Assembly: GCA_963749495.1 (NCBI GenBank)
Contig: CAVVMW010000010.1
Coordinates: 1 to 64,000, forward strand
DNA: 64,000 nucleotides
Source: an uncultured bacterium
Lineage (GTDB): Bacteria > Verrucomicrobiota > Verrucomicrobiia > Limisphaerales > UBA8199
Reading direction: 5' to 3'
The position numbers and the translations under genes were made by a program. The notes below the pieces were generated by a model. That model did not search any database and had not been told where the DNA came from. It was given only the letters and a program-made list of their open reading frames with translations. Numbering within the stretch: position 1 is the first letter of the stretch; each line of letters opens with the position of its first letter. Below, piece by piece: positions 63,359 to 64,000 of this stretch.

Positions 63359-64000
63359 CTATTTGCTCATCGCTGCTTCCACAGCCTTGGCCACATCGGA
63401 CTCCGGCAGGTGGCGGGAGCGGATGATGCCTTTGGCGTCCACGATGTGGAAGACGGGCCAACCGGGATTGTGCCAGGCGGTATAGATGGGCCCTAAGCGG
63501 CCATCGCAAAAGGACGGCCAGGTCATGCCTGATTCCTGGGCAATTTCCTTTCCCCAGGCCGGATCGGGGTCGCAATAAACGCCCAGGATGGCAAACGGTT
63601 TCCCTTTGAAACGGTCCAGGAGCGTGACGAGGTCGGGCACATTAGCCGGCAGGCACTTTCTGGCCCAGAATATGAGCAACACCACCTTGCCGCGATAATC
63701 GCTCAGCTTCAGGGGCCGGCCATCGAGGTCTTCACCCTCAGTTTCAGGCGCGGGTTTTCCGATGAATAGCTTGCGCAACTCGAAAAGAGCCTCCTCGGCC
63801 AGGTCCGCCAGCTTTTCGCCGTTCCGCTTCACCCGGCCAAATTGCCCAATAACGCGCTCGAAGAGTCTCTCGGCCTCGGCGGTAGCCTGTCGATTTTCGC
63901 CATATTTGGCCTCGTCTTTTCGCAACAGGGCCAGCATCAGGCAAGCGTTGCCCTGGACCTCGGCCGAGGGATTTTTCTCGAGCATCGCCTCGAGTAGTCT
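63359..64000 (-). CDS. TlpA/ResA-like redoxin-domain protein (5' end outside the window)
   Basis: GKPAPETEGEDLDGRPLKLSDYRGKVVLLIFWA...GWP...DAKGIIR. Confidence 0.85.
   Translation of the reverse strand, partial: RLLEAMLEKNPSAEVQGNACLMLALLRKDEAKYGENRQATAEAERLFERVIGQFGRVKRNGEKLADLAEEALFELRKLFIGKPAPETEGEDLDGRPLKLSDYRGKVVLLIFWARKCLPANVPDLVTLLDRFKGKPFAILGVYCDPDPAWGKEIAQESGMTWPSFCDGRLGPIYTAWHNPGWPVFHIVDAKGIIRSRHLPESDVAKAVEAAMSK

Overview
GC-rich bacterial accessory region. The gene families suggest Verrucomicrobiota: prepilin/H-X9-DG proteins, ECF sigma factors with a TM helix and C-terminal extension, a PadR/ADOP permease pair and 'RFYR'-ending secreted domains (inference, not a database result). 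The window is a heavily rearranged hotspot around a tRNA-Sec gene (37641-37737, minus strand). It holds an IS21-like element with two extra genes, an internally deleted IS66 abutting half of a tRNA-Arg gene, a DDE element with a 5-bp TSD, an IS1380, a MazF-type TA pair, a segmental duplication of ECF-sigma modules, several REP/MITE-like palindromes, and many gene fragments and single-base frameshifts. The most striking structure lies at about 52-62 kb. A decayed IS91/ISCR-type HUH transposase is followed by five direct copies of a ~51-bp oriIS-like site (CACCCG...AAAAAACCAAATTCCTATC) that partition the DNA into cassette-like units. Two of the five sites carry group II intron RNA inserted at the same nucleotide, one apparently complete and ORF-less and one 5' fragment. 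This resembles an integron-like, rolling-circle gene-capture array with its own site-specific intron parasite. All assignments are by eye from motifs; no searches were run.
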